DNA from: a virus
Lineage: Duplodnaviria; Caudoviricetes
Virus record (IMG/VR): IMGVR_UViG_3300037153_000540
Span: 1-52,429 of that record
DNA length: 52,429 nt
Strand: one strand, 5' to 3'
The position numbers were made by a program, and so were the translations under genes. Under the pieces are notes generated by a model that did not search any database, was not told where the DNA came from, and was given only the letters and a program-made list of their open reading frames with translations. Positions 26,847 to 36,897 of this stretch are shown in pieces (the stretch's first letter is position 1; each line of letters starts with the position of its first letter).

Positions 26847-27281
26847 GTGAGCGCGTTCGCGACCGTCGGGGACTACATCACCTGGACCGGGCAGACCTCG
26901 ATGAGCGAGGCGCAGCAGGCCCGGGTGACGATGAAGCTCGACGGTGTGTCCGCGCTCATCCGCTCCAAGCTTCCGGCCGGGTACGAGCCAGACGCCGACG
27001 TTGCGAAGATGCTCGTGCTCGCGATCGTTGAGCGGGCCATGACCAACACTGGCGGCCTGCGAAGCAAACAGGTCGGTGGCGTGGCCTACACCTTCGGCGA
27101 GGACGGTGGCCTGTACGTCACCGACGACGAGTGGGATTCCCTGCTCGCCGGGTGGACTGAGGGCGCGTCCGGGGCGTACACGGTCGGGCTGCGCGATGAC
27201 GCGTTCCCGCCCTGCCCCGGCGAGCCGATCCACCTGCCGTACCGCTACCAGGACCGGCGCGAACGGTACGGGTGGTGGTGA
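26847..27281 (+). CDS. Head-to-tail adaptor
   Basis: SAFATVGDY..SALIRS..VERAMTN..GGLYVTDDE; synteny. Confidence 0.75.
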   Translation: MSAFATVGDYITWTGQTSMSEAQQARVTMKLDGVSALIRSKLPAGYEPDADVAKMLVLAIVERAMTNTGGLRSKQVGGVAYTFGEDGGLYVTDDEWDSLLAGWTEGASGAYTVGLRDDAFPPCPGEPIHLPYRYQDRRERYGWW

Positions 27282-27283
27282 CC

Positions 27284-27604
27284 ATGCTCGGCGGCCATAC
27301 GATCACGGTCGTGCGTGCTGCAGCGCCGGGCCCGGATGGTGACCCGGTCCCAGGCACCGGCAGCAGTACGGACGTGGAGGGCTGCTCCGTACAGCCGCGG
27401 ACGTCGACGGAGGCCACGGACGGCCGCGACACCGTCATCACGGGCCTGATCGTCTACGTCCCGGCCGGCGCGGACATCCGCGCGACGGACCGGATCGTCT
27501 GGCGTGACACCACGTACGCCGTGGACGGCGACCCGGGTGTCTGGGACGACCTGGACGGCGCCGCGGATCACACCGAGGTGCTGCTGCGCCGCGTCACCGG
27601 ATAG
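27284..27604 (+). CDS. Head-to-tail stopper
   Basis: GCSVQP..GADIRATDRI..YAVDGDP..LRRVTG. Confidence 0.8.
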   Translation: MLGGHTITVVRAAAPGPDGDPVPGTGSSTDVEGCSVQPRTSTEATDGRDTVITGLIVYVPAGADIRATDRIVWRDTTYAVDGDPGVWDDLDGAADHTEVLLRRVTG

Positions 27605-27612
27605 GGGGCGAC

Positions 27613-27948
27613 ATGGCCACGCCGAAGATCCGTTATGAGAAGGACATCGCCGGGATCAACGAGGTGATGAACGGCCCCGAGATGGTCGCATTGCTTCGCG
27701 CGGCGGCAGAGGCCGGCGGGCGGCACGCGGCGGGGATCTCGCCGCGGCGGATATCAGCCGACCAGCACTACGCCGATTCGTTCCGTGTGGAGACCTCCAC
27801 CCACGCGGGTCCGGCACATGACCGCGCTGAGGCCAGGCTCGTCAACGATTCCGACCATGCCACCGCCGTGGAATGGACCGACGACGGTGGCCACCGTGTG
27901 CTCGGCCGTACGGTCGACTTCATCGAGGCTCACGGTGCCGATGCCTGA
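27613..27948 (+). CDS. Neck / tail completion protein
   Basis: Synteny; YADSF..AVEW..HRVLGR. Confidence 0.7.
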   Translation: MATPKIRYEKDIAGINEVMNGPEMVALLRAAAEAGGRHAAGISPRRISADQHYADSFRVETSTHAGPAHDRAEARLVNDSDHATAVEWTDDGGHRVLGRTVDFIEAHGADA

Positions 27949-28348
27949 GCTCGCTCCGTTCATCGACGTTGAGCACGCGCTGATGGATCTGTTCGCTGAC
28001 CTCGTCGACGACCCGGCCGACGTCGTCACCGTGCTCCCGAACGACCTGCAAGCCCGGCTGGCCGTCGACCGTCAGGTGATCCGTGTACGGGTCATCGGTG
28101 GCAGCGACGACCGGATCAGCGACCATCCCCGCGTCGATGTCGAGGTTTTCGGCGCCACCCGCGCGGTGGCCAAGCCGCTGGCCGAGACGATCCGGCAGCG
28201 GCTGATCTCCGGCGGCCACCGCACCGCTCACGGGGTCATCGACCACGCCACGACCGAGGTCGGTCCGCAGGAGACCCCGTACGACGACCCTGACGTGCGC
28301 CGCTGGTCGGCGACATACCGGCTGTCGACGCGCCGCCGGCGCATCTGA
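27941..28348 (+). CDS. Tail terminator
   Basis: FIDVEHAL..IRVRVIGG.DD..PRVDVEVF..RRWSATY. Confidence 0.75.
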   Translation: MPELAPFIDVEHALMDLFADLVDDPADVVTVLPNDLQARLAVDRQVIRVRVIGGSDDRISDHPRVDVEVFGATRAVAKPLAETIRQRLISGGHRTAHGVIDHATTEVGPQETPYDDPDVRRWSATYRLSTRRRRI

Positions 28349-28419
28349 GCACCCGCCCGCCCTTTCGCCCCGTCCGCGGGGCTTTCTCGCAAGTCCCGAG
28401 CCCCGGAAGGGGGACGATC

Positions 28420-29073
28420 ATGACCGGAGTCGCATTCGACTCTCTGGCGCAGAAGGACAGCACGCTGATCCGGCGGGCGATCGACGGCAGCGTGTTCATG
28501 GCGCCGTTCAGCGCCGACGCGATCACGTCGCTGACCGACACCGACAAGCTGCTCAAGGCACTGCCGTCCGGCTACGAGGACGTCGGTCTGCTCGACGACG
28601 CCGGCGTCACGATGCCGCGGTCGGTGGACACGGCCAACGTCACCAGCTACGGCCGTGTCGAGCCGTCCAGGACCGACGTCACGAAGGACACCAAAACGAT
28701 CAAGCTCGTCGCGCAGGAGACCAAGGCGCTGACGATCGGCCTGTACACCGGCGCGGACATGTCCGGCATCACCGCGGACGCCACGTCGGGCGAGGTGCAG
28801 ATCGCCATCCCGGCGCGCCCGACGATCCGCTTTTATCGGTGCCTGGTGCTCGCCGTGGACCTGTCCGACGACGGGGAGATCTACGACGGCCGGTTCTACC
28901 CGCGTGTGAGCGTCACCGACTACGACGACGAGAAGCACCAGAGTTCCGGCGATGACCCGACGACCCGCGGCGTCACGCTCACGGCGTACGTCGATGACGT
29001 GCTGGGCTACTCCATGAAGGAGCTGCACGGCGGTCAGGGCTGGGCGGTCCTCAACAGCGCCATGGGGTTCTGA
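28420..29073 (+). CDS. Major tail protein
   Basis: Synteny; LPSGYEDVGLLDDAG..SYGRVEPSRTD. Confidence 0.85.
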   Translation: MTGVAFDSLAQKDSTLIRRAIDGSVFMAPFSADAITSLTDTDKLLKALPSGYEDVGLLDDAGVTMPRSVDTANVTSYGRVEPSRTDVTKDTKTIKLVAQETKALTIGLYTGADMSGITADATSGEVQIAIPARPTIRFYRCLVLAVDLSDDGEIYDGRFYPRVSVTDYDDEKHQSSGDDPTTRGVTLTAYVDDVLGYSMKELHGGQGWAVLNSAMGF

Positions 29074-29076
29074 GCC

Positions 29077-29403
29077 ATGGCACGCACGGTCCTTTCCGTC
29101 ACGAAGGCCGTACGCGGCGGTGTCGCATCACCGACCGAGGCGAACGGCGACAGCACCAACGGCCACGTCGTCACCAATACCGGCAAGACGATCATCACCG
29201 TCCGGAACGCGGACACCAACCCGCACTCCGTCACGTTCATCACGCCCGGCACGGTCGACGGGCAGGCGGTAGGCGATCGCGTGGTCAGCATTCCGGCCAG
29301 CAGCAGCCGCGACTTCGGTGGCCTGCCGACCAGCGTGTACGGCTCGCAGATGCAGATCGATGTGGATTCCTCGCAGCTGAAGCTCGTCGCCCGCGAGCCC
29401 TGA
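29077..29403 (+). CDS. Small beta-rich structural protein
   Basis: ORF in tail operon; GC3 bias. Confidence 0.7.
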   Translation: MARTVLSVTKAVRGGVASPTEANGDSTNGHVVTNTGKTIITVRNADTNPHSVTFITPGTVDGQAVGDRVVSIPASSSRDFGGLPTSVYGSQMQIDVDSSQLKLVAREP

Positions 29404-29483
29404 GACGCCGGCCGGCCGGGTTCCCTGGGCGGGTGGCCCGGCCGGCGCGGCCAGCATCACCCGCCGCCGTATGGAGGAAGTCC

Positions 29484-29672
29484 GTGCCCGATTACCCGGT
29501 GTACGAGAAGAACGGCAAGACGCAGATCGCCGCGACGCCGCAGCGCGAGATCGAGCTGCAGTTCGACGGCTGGCAGAAGCAGAGCGGTCCGGCCACACCG
29601 GCCAGCGATGACACCGGCTCGGCGGGCGCCGCCGCGTCCAGCCAGGCCAAGCAGTCCAAGTCCAGCAAGTAG
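29484..29672 (+). CDS. Small hypothetical protein
   Basis: GGAGG RBS; MPDYPVYEKNGK..LQFDGW. Confidence 0.65.
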   Translation: MPDYPVYEKNGKTQIAATPQREIELQFDGWQKQSGPATPASDDTGSAGAAASSQAKQSKSSK

Positions 29673-29688
29673 CAGGAGGAACCCGCCC

Positions 29689-30027
29689 ATGAGCAACACC
29701 CGCAACACCCGGCCGCGCGCGGCGGCCAAACCGAAGGTCGCGATCGACATGGACAAGCTGGAGCGCGAGGGCGCTCCGGAGGAGCTGTTCGTGGCGCGCG
29801 TCGGCGGCAAGGAGTTCACCTTCGCCGACCCGATGGAGACCGAGTGGCAGGACCTGGTGGTGATCTCCCCCCAGGACACCATCCTGTTCCTGAAGGCCCT
29901 GCTCGGTGAGCAGTACACCGACTTCGCGAAGCACCGCATGCCGTTCTGGAAGCTCGGCCAGCTCGTCCGCGCGGTCCAGGAGTACTACGGCATGATCCCG
30001 GAAGGCAGCGCCTCGCCGAATGCATAA
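29689..30027 (+). CDS. Tail assembly chaperone (gpG-like)
   Basis: AGGAGG RBS; between MTP and TMP; DMDKLERE..FTFADP..W..FWKLGQLV. Confidence 0.8.
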   Translation: MSNTRNTRPRAAAKPKVAIDMDKLEREGAPEELFVARVGGKEFTFADPMETEWQDLVVISPQDTILFLKALLGEQYTDFAKHRMPFWKLGQLVRAVQEYYGMIPEGSASPNA

Positions 30028-30059
30028 AATGAAGTGAAGCTTTCGGCTATCATTTATCG

Positions 30060-30608
30060 GTGGCCAGAACCGTTATCTGTAAAGACTGCCGGGGATCATT
30101 CGAAGCTGGACCTACCGGAGTCTTGCCCACGCGATGCCAGCCATGCCGTAAAACATGGAGGGCCGCACAGCAGCGGGCCGATCAAGGCCGGAGAAACGAG
30201 CAGCAGAGGCGCAGGAGAAAGGCGGCGGCAGAGGCCAGGGAGGCGCTGCCCAGCCCCTCCCTCATATGCGAGATGTGCGGTGTGACGTTCAAGCGGAGAA
30301 GCCGGAAGGGCCCTCCGGCGAAGCGGTGCTATCTCTGCAACTGCTTCGTGATCGCTGTCGGTCAGGCCCGCCGCCATCATCTTGCCGATGGCGGAAGCTT
30401 CACGGGCATCGAGGTCTTCGAGCGCGACGAGTACCGGTGCTACCTGTGCGGTGGTCTGTGCACGGGCGACTACCCAGCCCCGATGTCCCCATCCATGGAC
30501 CATGTGAAGCCCATTTCAAGGGGCGGCCACCATACGCTTGAGAATGTCAAGACTGCGCACCTGCTCTGCAACATGAGCAAGGGCATCAATGAACTTGGAT
30601 CGGCTTGA
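30060..30608 (+). CDS. HNH endonuclease inserted in the tail chaperone locus
   Basis: VFERDEYRCYLCG..SMDHVKPISRGGHHTLENVKTAHLLCN; Zn ribbons; lower GC. Confidence 0.92.
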   Translation: MARTVICKDCRGSFEAGPTGVLPTRCQPCRKTWRAAQQRADQGRRNEQQRRRRKAAAEAREALPSPSLICEMCGVTFKRRSRKGPPAKRCYLCNCFVIAVGQARRHHLADGGSFTGIEVFERDEYRCYLCGGLCTGDYPAPMSPSMDHVKPISRGGHHTLENVKTAHLLCNMSKGINELGSA

Positions 30609-31263
30609 CAACGATGGCTCGCCATTCACGTTCGTTCTACATGGCAGGTCCCGGACAACAAGAAACCCTAACGAGCTTCTCTGGCAAGAAATTCTAGCGG
30701 CACTCTCAAATCCATCGGTCTTTCTTGGGCTGGTAGTCGAAGATTCCCAGCTGAGAATCGTCCGATGGAAGCTGCAGGCGCTGGTTGATGCCTGGCGAGA
30801 TCACCACGATCTTCCCGGAACCCGAGAATGCCATCGGCTGATCTACCTCCTCGAACGCTACGGCGATGCCATTGAGCGAGACCTGTTCGACCGGAGCGGG
30901 GATCTCACCGATCTGTGGACATCGCGCCGGTGGCGGCTGCTGCTGAACGTCATCGACGGTCTGCCGTCGAACAGCCACTACGTGGCGGCGCTCGCCGACG
31001 ATGACGAGCTGGCCGAGAACTCTCCGCCGCCGAAGGCTCGGCCGCCGAGGCTGACCGAGTTCAGCCCGGAAGCCGCGGCGATCATCGACCGGCTCGGGGA
31101 CGTGATCACCGCGGTCATCGCCGCGGCCGGCGGAACACCACCGAGCATCGAACCGTACCCGCGCCCGGTCACCGCGGCGGAACGCATGAAGCAACGGAGC
31201 CGCTGGCGCGCCCACGAGGACCTCGTCGCCCGCCTGCTCCCGCACAAGAGACGAACCAGCTGA
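30589..31263 (+). CDS. In-frame gpG'-gpT tail assembly chaperone fusion
   Basis: N-terminal ~78 aa align with the upstream gpG; remainder LLERYGDAIERDL..RRWRLLLNVIDGLP..YVAAL..PYPRP is gpT-like. Confidence 0.75.
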   Translation: MNLDRLDNDGSPFTFVLHGRSRTTRNPNELLWQEILAALSNPSVFLGLVVEDSQLRIVRWKLQALVDAWRDHHDLPGTRECHRLIYLLERYGDAIERDLFDRSGDLTDLWTSRRWRLLLNVIDGLPSNSHYVAALADDDELAENSPPPKARPPRLTEFSPEAAAIIDRLGDVITAVIAAAGGTPPSIEPYPRPVTAAERMKQRSRWRAHEDLVARLLPHKRRTS

Positions 31264-31287
31264 GTGCCGGGGCGGGGGTGATCTTTC

Positions 31288-34200
31288 ATGCCCGCCCAGG
31301 CAGGAAGCGCGTACATCCCGATCAGGCCCGACCTGACGGGGTTCCACAAGACGATCCAGAAGGAGCTTCAGGCCGCGCTAGGGCCGATCGTCGCGCGGAT
31401 CGCGAAGCAGATCGGCGTCGACCTCAAGGACGGCATCGGGCAGGGCCTCGGTGACCCGGTGTCCGGGCCGCTGGAGGAGTCGACCCGCAAGCAGCGGTCG
31501 AAGGCACCCAAGGATGGCGAGCAGATCGGCGGCGCGTTCGCCGGCGCGTTCAAGCGCCGCGTCACGGACGCGCTGAAGTCGTTGCCGAAGGCGGAGATCA
31601 CCGCCGACTCCTCCGAAGCGGACCGCAAGGTCGCCGAGCTCCGCACCCGCATGGCGGAGCTGTCGAAGAAGACCATCGGCATCGACATCGATGCCGCCGC
31701 GGCACTCGCCGAGCTGTCCGCGATCAAATCGGCGCTCGCCGACGTCGGCCAGAACGCCTCGATCGACGTACGCGCCGACACCGCGGCGGCGATCCGGCAG
31801 CTGGATACCGTTCAGGCCACCGTCGACAAGCTCGCCACCGATACCGCCACCGTCGAGGTCGACGCCGACACGGCCGGCGCCGATGCCGCGCTGGCCCTCA
31901 CGGACGCGGAGGTCAAGCGGCTCGACGGCCGAAAGGCCAGCATCGACGTCGATGTGTCCGGCGCGATGTCGGGCCTGGGACGCCTCGCGGGGATGGTCGG
32001 CGGGCTCGCCCCGCTGTTCCTCGGCCTCGGCGCCGCGGGCGTGGCAGGTATCGGCGCTCTCGCCGCCCCGGCCGCTGCCGGCGCCGCCGGGTTCGGTGCG
32101 CTGGCCCTGGTCGCCGTACCGGCCATCACGCGCATCAAGACCGCGCTCGATGCGCAGAACCAGGCCCAGCAGAACAGCGCGGCTACCGCCGTACAGGCGC
32201 AGCAGCGTGCGCTCGCGGAGGCGGGTGCGCAGCAGCAGCTCGCCGCGGCCGTACGGAACGCCGCGGTCGCGCACGCCCAGGCTGTTGATCAGGTTCGTAC
32301 GGCCGAGCAGCAGCTCGCCGCAGCGCAGCAGTCCGCCGTGAACGCGCAGCGTGCATTGACGCAGGCGCGTCTCGACTCGCGACGGGCGTTGCAGGACATG
32401 AAGAACCAGATCATCGACGTCGGTCTGTCCGTGCAGCAGTCCCGCCTCGACGTCGATAGCGCACGCGCGAGCTTGGATCAGATGCGCGCGGCGGCGACGG
32501 CGGCCGCGCAGAACCTCGCGCAGGCCAAGACGGCGCTGGCACAGGCGCAGGCCGCGCAGGCGGCGCTCGGCCCGGGCGGCGGTGACGCGGCGCGCACGCA
32601 GGCGGCGGCGAACGTCGCGGCGGCGCAGGCCGCGGTGAAGGCCGCGCAGCAGCAGAAGGCCGCGCGGGACGCCGACGCGAAGTCCGCGCAGATCGCCTAC
32701 CAGCAGGCCGTGCAGCGTCTCAAGGAGCAGCAGCTTCAGCTCCAGCGGCTGCAGCAGGACGAACGCGCCGCGGCCAAGGCCGGCGTCGACGGCTCCAATC
32801 AGGTCCTCGCCGCCCGGCAGCGCCTGGCGGCGGCGAATCTGCAGATCACCAACAGCGAACGGGCTCTGGCCGCTGCGCGCGCGAATGTCGCGCGGGTCGA
32901 CGCGAACTCCCGTGATCAGATCGCCTCGGCGCAGCGCGGCGTGACGCAGGCGTCGCTGCAGGGCGCGGCCGCGAACTCCGCGCTCACGCAGTCGGTGGCG
33001 GCGCTGTCCCCGGCCGCGCGCGGGCTGATGGGCGCCTGGCAGCGGCTCTCCGCGGCGTTCACGACCTGGCAGACGTCCCTGGAGCCGACGGTCCTGCCGG
33101 TGCTGGCGCGTGGCCTGGGGCTCGTGCAGGCCGTGCTGCCGCTTCTGACGCCGCTCGTACGGGGCGCCGCCGCGGCGATGGACACGCTGATCTCAGCAGT
33201 GAAGACAGCGCTGGCGAGCCCGGCTTGGCAGACGTTCTTCGCCACTCTCGGCACCCTGGTCAAGAGCACCTTGATTACGCTCGGGACCGTCTTGATCCAG
33301 GTGGCTACCGCCGTCGTGCGGTTCGCGAACGCGTTCGCTCCGTTCGCTCCGATCGCGCTTGGCTTCATCACCCAGCTCGGAAATCTGTTCTCGATGATCT
33401 TCGGGCAGCTCGGTGCGATGGCGCCTGTCCTCGCGGCGTTCATCGGTGTCCTCGGGCAGCTGTTTCAGGCTGTCGGACCGCTACTCGTTTCGGCGCTGCA
33501 GGGCCTGGCGCCGGTGCTGGCCGGACTGGCGCCGATCTTCGGTGTGGTGATCCGGTCTCTTCAGCCGGTGATCGCCGCGCTGATCGCCGGGCTCCGCCCC
33601 ATCCTCGCCGCCCTGGTGCCCGTCATCGGCCTTGTCATCGGCGCGCTTGGGCAGATCCTCGGCGCCTTGGCGCCGATCCTGCCGGTCCTCGGCCAGTTCA
33701 TCGCGTCGCTGATCACCGGCCTGATGCCGATCCTGCGGCCGATCATCAAGGTGATCACCCAGGTCGCTGTCCAGCTCGCCGGCGCGCTGATCACCGCGCT
33801 GAAGGCGGCTCTGCCGAGCGTCCAGCAGATCGTCATCGCGATCGCCAGTCTCCTGCCTGCGCTGCTGCCGCTGATCCCGCTGTGGGTCAAGTTCGAGCTC
33901 GCGTTGCTCCCGCTGATCCCGACTCTGCTGCGCCTGGTGGCGCTGCTGGTGCAGATCCTGGTGCCGGTGCTGCGCATCGTGATCACGGTGCTGGTCGCGG
34001 TCGCGGGCACGATCCTGAAGATCCTTCTGCCGGTGTTTCGGTTCATGGTGGCGGCCATCACCGCGGCCATCAATTCCGTGCACAAGGTCTTCAAGTGGCT
34101 GTACGACGTGCTGATCGGGCACAGCATCATCCCGGACCTTGTGCACGGCATCCAGCACTGGCTCGGGATCCTCGGTGCCGCGTTCCGTGCGGTGTACACC

Positions 34201-35952
34201 ACCGTGATCCGGCCGGTCGTGCACAGCATCGGCACGGTGATCGACACGGTCTGGAAGGGGACGATCAGGCCGGCGTTCAACGCGATCAAGTCCGCGCTCA
34301 GCTCGGTCGGGCACGCCTTCGGGGTGGCGAGTAGCGCGATCAAGGCTGCTTGGAGCAAGGTCAAGGGCTACGTCGCCTCGCCGGTCCGGTTCTTCGTCGA
34401 GACGGTGTACGACAAGGGTGTCGTCGGCCTGTGGAACAAGGTCATGGGCTGGCTGCACCTCGGCAAGACGGTCGGCACCCTCGCACCGATCCACGTGCCG
34501 GGACTCGCATCGGGCGGTGAGCTGTCTGCCGCTCAGCCGATCTCACCGATGCGCACGAACGGTCCGATGGCGATCGTCGGCGAAGGCAACCCGGCGTACC
34601 CCGAGTACGTCATCCCCACCGACCCAAAGCACCGCGGCCGCGCGGCCGCGCTGTGGGCCGCGGCCGGCGGGGACCTGCAGATGCTGGCTTCCGGTGGTGT
34701 GCTCGGCAGCATCCTGAAGGGCGTTAAGGGAGTCGCCGGGAAGGTCTTCGACCTGGGGAAGGACGCGCTCGGCCTGCTCGCCGACCCGAAGGGCGTCTGG
34801 GACCGGCTCGCGAAGCCGATCCTCGACAAGGTCAAGGGAAGCGGGGCTCTCGGCGCCGGCGACTGGGGTAAGGCGATCGCGGCGGTGCCGCCGAAGCTGC
34901 TCGGCGGGCTGTGGTCGGCTGCCAAGCCGATCATCGACGCTTTCAAGTCGGCGTTCGGTGGTGGCGGCTCGGCGATGGTCGAGCTGGCAAAGACCCAGAT
35001 CGGGTACCGCGAGGGCGCGGGGAACTCCAACAAGTACAGCAACGAGCTCGGCCGTCCACCGGAGGAGTGGTGCGCCGACTTCATCGACTGGCTGGCCCTC
35101 AAGACCAACAACCGCAGTGCCGTTCCGTGGACGGCCAGCGCGCCGGGCATGGCGAACGCATTCGGCTCTCGCTACCAGCCGGGTACCGCTGGCGTTACCC
35201 CTGGCGACATCCTGTTCTTCGGCGGCTCCAAGGGCACGATCTACCACGTCGGCCTGGCGAGCGGTCCGGCGGCAGGTGGTTCCGTGCCGACGATCGCCGG
35301 CAACAGCAGCAACATGGTCAGGGCGTACCGCGGCACTGGGATCGCCGGGTTCGCGCATCCGGCCTACCCCAACCCCGGCAGCATCGGCTCCGCGCCGGGC
35401 AGCCTGATTCACGCCTCTCCGCCCGTGGCGCAGGCGTGGGCTCGGCAGAACCTGAAGAACTACCACTGGTCCCAGAGCCAGTTCGCACCGCTGCTGAGTC
35501 TGTGGAACCGGGAGAGCGGCTGGCGCTGGTCGGCCCGAAACCCGAGCAGCGGCGCGTACGGCATCCCGCAGGCGCTGCCCGGGTCGAAGATGGCGGCGGT
35601 CGGCAGGGACTGGCGAGACAACGCCGGCACCCAGATCAAGTGGGGCCTGGGCTACATCAACAGCCGGTACGGCTCCCCCGGGAACGCCTGGGCGCACAGC
35701 CAGCGCACCGGCTGGTACGACGACGGTGGCTACCTCCAGCCCGGCCTGACGCTGGCCTGGAACGCGACCCGGAAGCCAGAACCGGTGTTCTCCCACGACC
35801 AGTGGAACACCCTCGCCGCCGCCACCCGCGGCGGTGACGGCGCGACGTACGAGACGACGTACAACCTGCACCACCGCGATATCACGCTCCCGCAGCTGCA
35901 GGCGCTGCAGCGGCAGCAGGAAGCCCGGCAGCGTGTGGGGAGGCCGCGGTAG
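31288..35952 (+). CDS. Tape measure protein with C-terminal CHAP-like and lytic transglycosylase-like domains
   Basis: 1554 aa, Ala/Gln coiled coil plus amphipathic repeats; WCADF..HVGL..IAGNS; RESGW..ARNPSSGAYGIPQALP. Confidence 0.93.
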   Translation: MPAQAGSAYIPIRPDLTGFHKTIQKELQAALGPIVARIAKQIGVDLKDGIGQGLGDPVSGPLEESTRKQRSKAPKDGEQIGGAFAGAFKRRVTDALKSLPKAEITADSSEADRKVAELRTRMAELSKKTIGIDIDAAAALAELSAIKSALADVGQNASIDVRADTAAAIRQLDTVQATVDKLATDTATVEVDADTAGADAALALTDAEVKRLDGRKASIDVDVSGAMSGLGRLAGMVGGLAPLFLGLGAAGVAGIGALAAPAAAGAAGFGALALVAVPAITRIKTALDAQNQAQQNSAATAVQAQQRALAEAGAQQQLAAAVRNAAVAHAQAVDQVRTAEQQLAAAQQSAVNAQRALTQARLDSRRALQDMKNQIIDVGLSVQQSRLDVDSARASLDQMRAAATAAAQNLAQAKTALAQAQAAQAALGPGGGDAARTQAAANVAAAQAAVKAAQQQKAARDADAKSAQIAYQQAVQRLKEQQLQLQRLQQDERAAAKAGVDGSNQVLAARQRLAAANLQITNSERALAAARANVARVDANSRDQIASAQRGVTQASLQGAAANSALTQSVAALSPAARGLMGAWQRLSAAFTTWQTSLEPTVLPVLARGLGLVQAVLPLLTPLVRGAAAAMDTLISAVKTALASPAWQTFFATLGTLVKSTLITLGTVLIQVATAVVRFANAFAPFAPIALGFITQLGNLFSMIFGQLGAMAPVLAAFIGVLGQLFQAVGPLLVSALQGLAPVLAGLAPIFGVVIRSLQPVIAALIAGLRPILAALVPVIGLVIGALGQILGALAPILPVLGQFIASLITGLMPILRPIIKVITQVAVQLAGALITALKAALPSVQQIVIAIASLLPALLPLIPLWVKFELALLPLIPTLLRLVALLVQILVPVLRIVITVLVAVAGTILKILLPVFRFMVAAITAAINSVHKVFKWLYDVLIGHSIIPDLVHGIQHWLGILGAAFRAVYTTVIRPVVHSIGTVIDTVWKGTIRPAFNAIKSALSSVGHAFGVASSAIKAAWSKVKGYVASPVRFFVETVYDKGVVGLWNKVMGWLHLGKTVGTLAPIHVPGLASGGELSAAQPISPMRTNGPMAIVGEGNPAYPEYVIPTDPKHRGRAAALWAAAGGDLQMLASGGVLGSILKGVKGVAGKVFDLGKDALGLLADPKGVWDRLAKPILDKVKGSGALGAGDWGKAIAAVPPKLLGGLWSAAKPIIDAFKSAFGGGGSAMVELAKTQIGYREGAGNSNKYSNELGRPPEEWCADFIDWLALKTNNRSAVPWTASAPGMANAFGSRYQPGTAGVTPGDILFFGGSKGTIYHVGLASGPAAGGSVPTIAGNSSNMVRAYRGTGIAGFAHPAYPNPGSIGSAPGSLIHASPPVAQAWARQNLKNYHWSQSQFAPLLSLWNRESGWRWSARNPSSGAYGIPQALPGSKMAAVGRDWRDNAGTQIKWGLGYINSRYGSPGNAWAHSQRTGWYDDGGYLQPGLTLAWNATRKPEPVFSHDQWNTLAAATRGGDGATYETTYNLHHRDITLPQLQALQRQQEARQRVGRPR

Positions 35953-36897
35953 ATGCCCGTTCTCGTACGCCCCGCAGGCGAAGCCCAGCCCCAGGTACTG
36001 CCCGACGTCGGGATCTGTGTGGCGACGTGGTACGCGCCGGACGGGTCGGTGTGGCCGCTGATGGCGTCCAGCTCGGGGATCATCACCCAGTCCGAAGGCG
36101 TCGACGGGCTCGGCTCGGCTGCGATCACGATCACCAGTGACCCGCGGGCCCGCGGCGGCGCGCGCGTCCGGCACATCCAGCCGGAGACCCGCTCGATCAC
36201 CTGGCCGTTGTACATCTACGGCGACACGCACATGGAGTTCATCACCCGCTGGCGGGCCGTTGAGCGGGCGTTCACCTCGACGAGCGAGCAGGGGCCCGGC
36301 CGCCTCGAGATCGCCCGCCCGGACGGCTCGGCCCGCACCGTCGACGCCTACTACGAATCCGGGTTCGACCCGTCCGGGAAGCAGGGTTACTACATCACCA
36401 GCGACTACTGCGTGCTGTCGCTGTTCTGTGAGGACCCGTACTGGAGGGACGCCCAGCCTCAGCAGATACACCGCGAGTTCGCGTCCGGCGTCGACTTCCA
36501 ATCCCCGTATCCGTCGGTCAGCAGCTCGCAGGTCCTCGGGCACACGACGCTCCTCAATCCGGGCGATGTGGATGCGTGGCCGTCGTGGACGATGACCGGC
36601 CCGGCGTCGATCCTGACCGCGACCCGGCTCGACACCGGTGACGCCTGGACGATCGACCCGGACGCCACCGACATCGGGCACGGTGACCTCGCCGATGGCG
36701 AGTACGTCACCGTCGACACCGATCCGCCGCGGGTGCGGTTCATGGACGGCTCGAACTGGACGGCGGCGCTGGACTGGCCGGGTGCGGTGCTGTGGTCACT
36801 GCCACCCGGGGAGACCGACGTCTCCTTCGACCTCGACGGCGCCGCAGCGGGTAGCGCGGTCGACTTGACCTTCTACCCGAGGTACAAGTCCGCGTGA
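35953..36897 (+). CDS. Distal tail protein
   Basis: Follows TMP; CEDPYW, NPGDVDAWP. Confidence 0.8.
   Translation: MPVLVRPAGEAQPQVLPDVGICVATWYAPDGSVWPLMASSSGIITQSEGVDGLGSAAITITSDPRARGGARVRHIQPETRSITWPLYIYGDTHMEFITRWRAVERAFTSTSEQGPGRLEIARPDGSARTVDAYYESGFDPSGKQGYYITSDYCVLSLFCEDPYWRDAQPQQIHREFASGVDFQSPYPSVSSSQVLGHTTLLNPGDVDAWPSWTMTGPASILTATRLDTGDAWTIDPDATDIGHGDLADGEYVTVDTDPPRVRFMDGSNWTAALDWPGAVLWSLPPGETDVSFDLDGAAAGSAVDLTFYPRYKSA

Noticed and set aside
33400-34350. Quasi-periodic repeats in the tape measure gene
   Set aside because: Ordinary amphipathic TMP repeats
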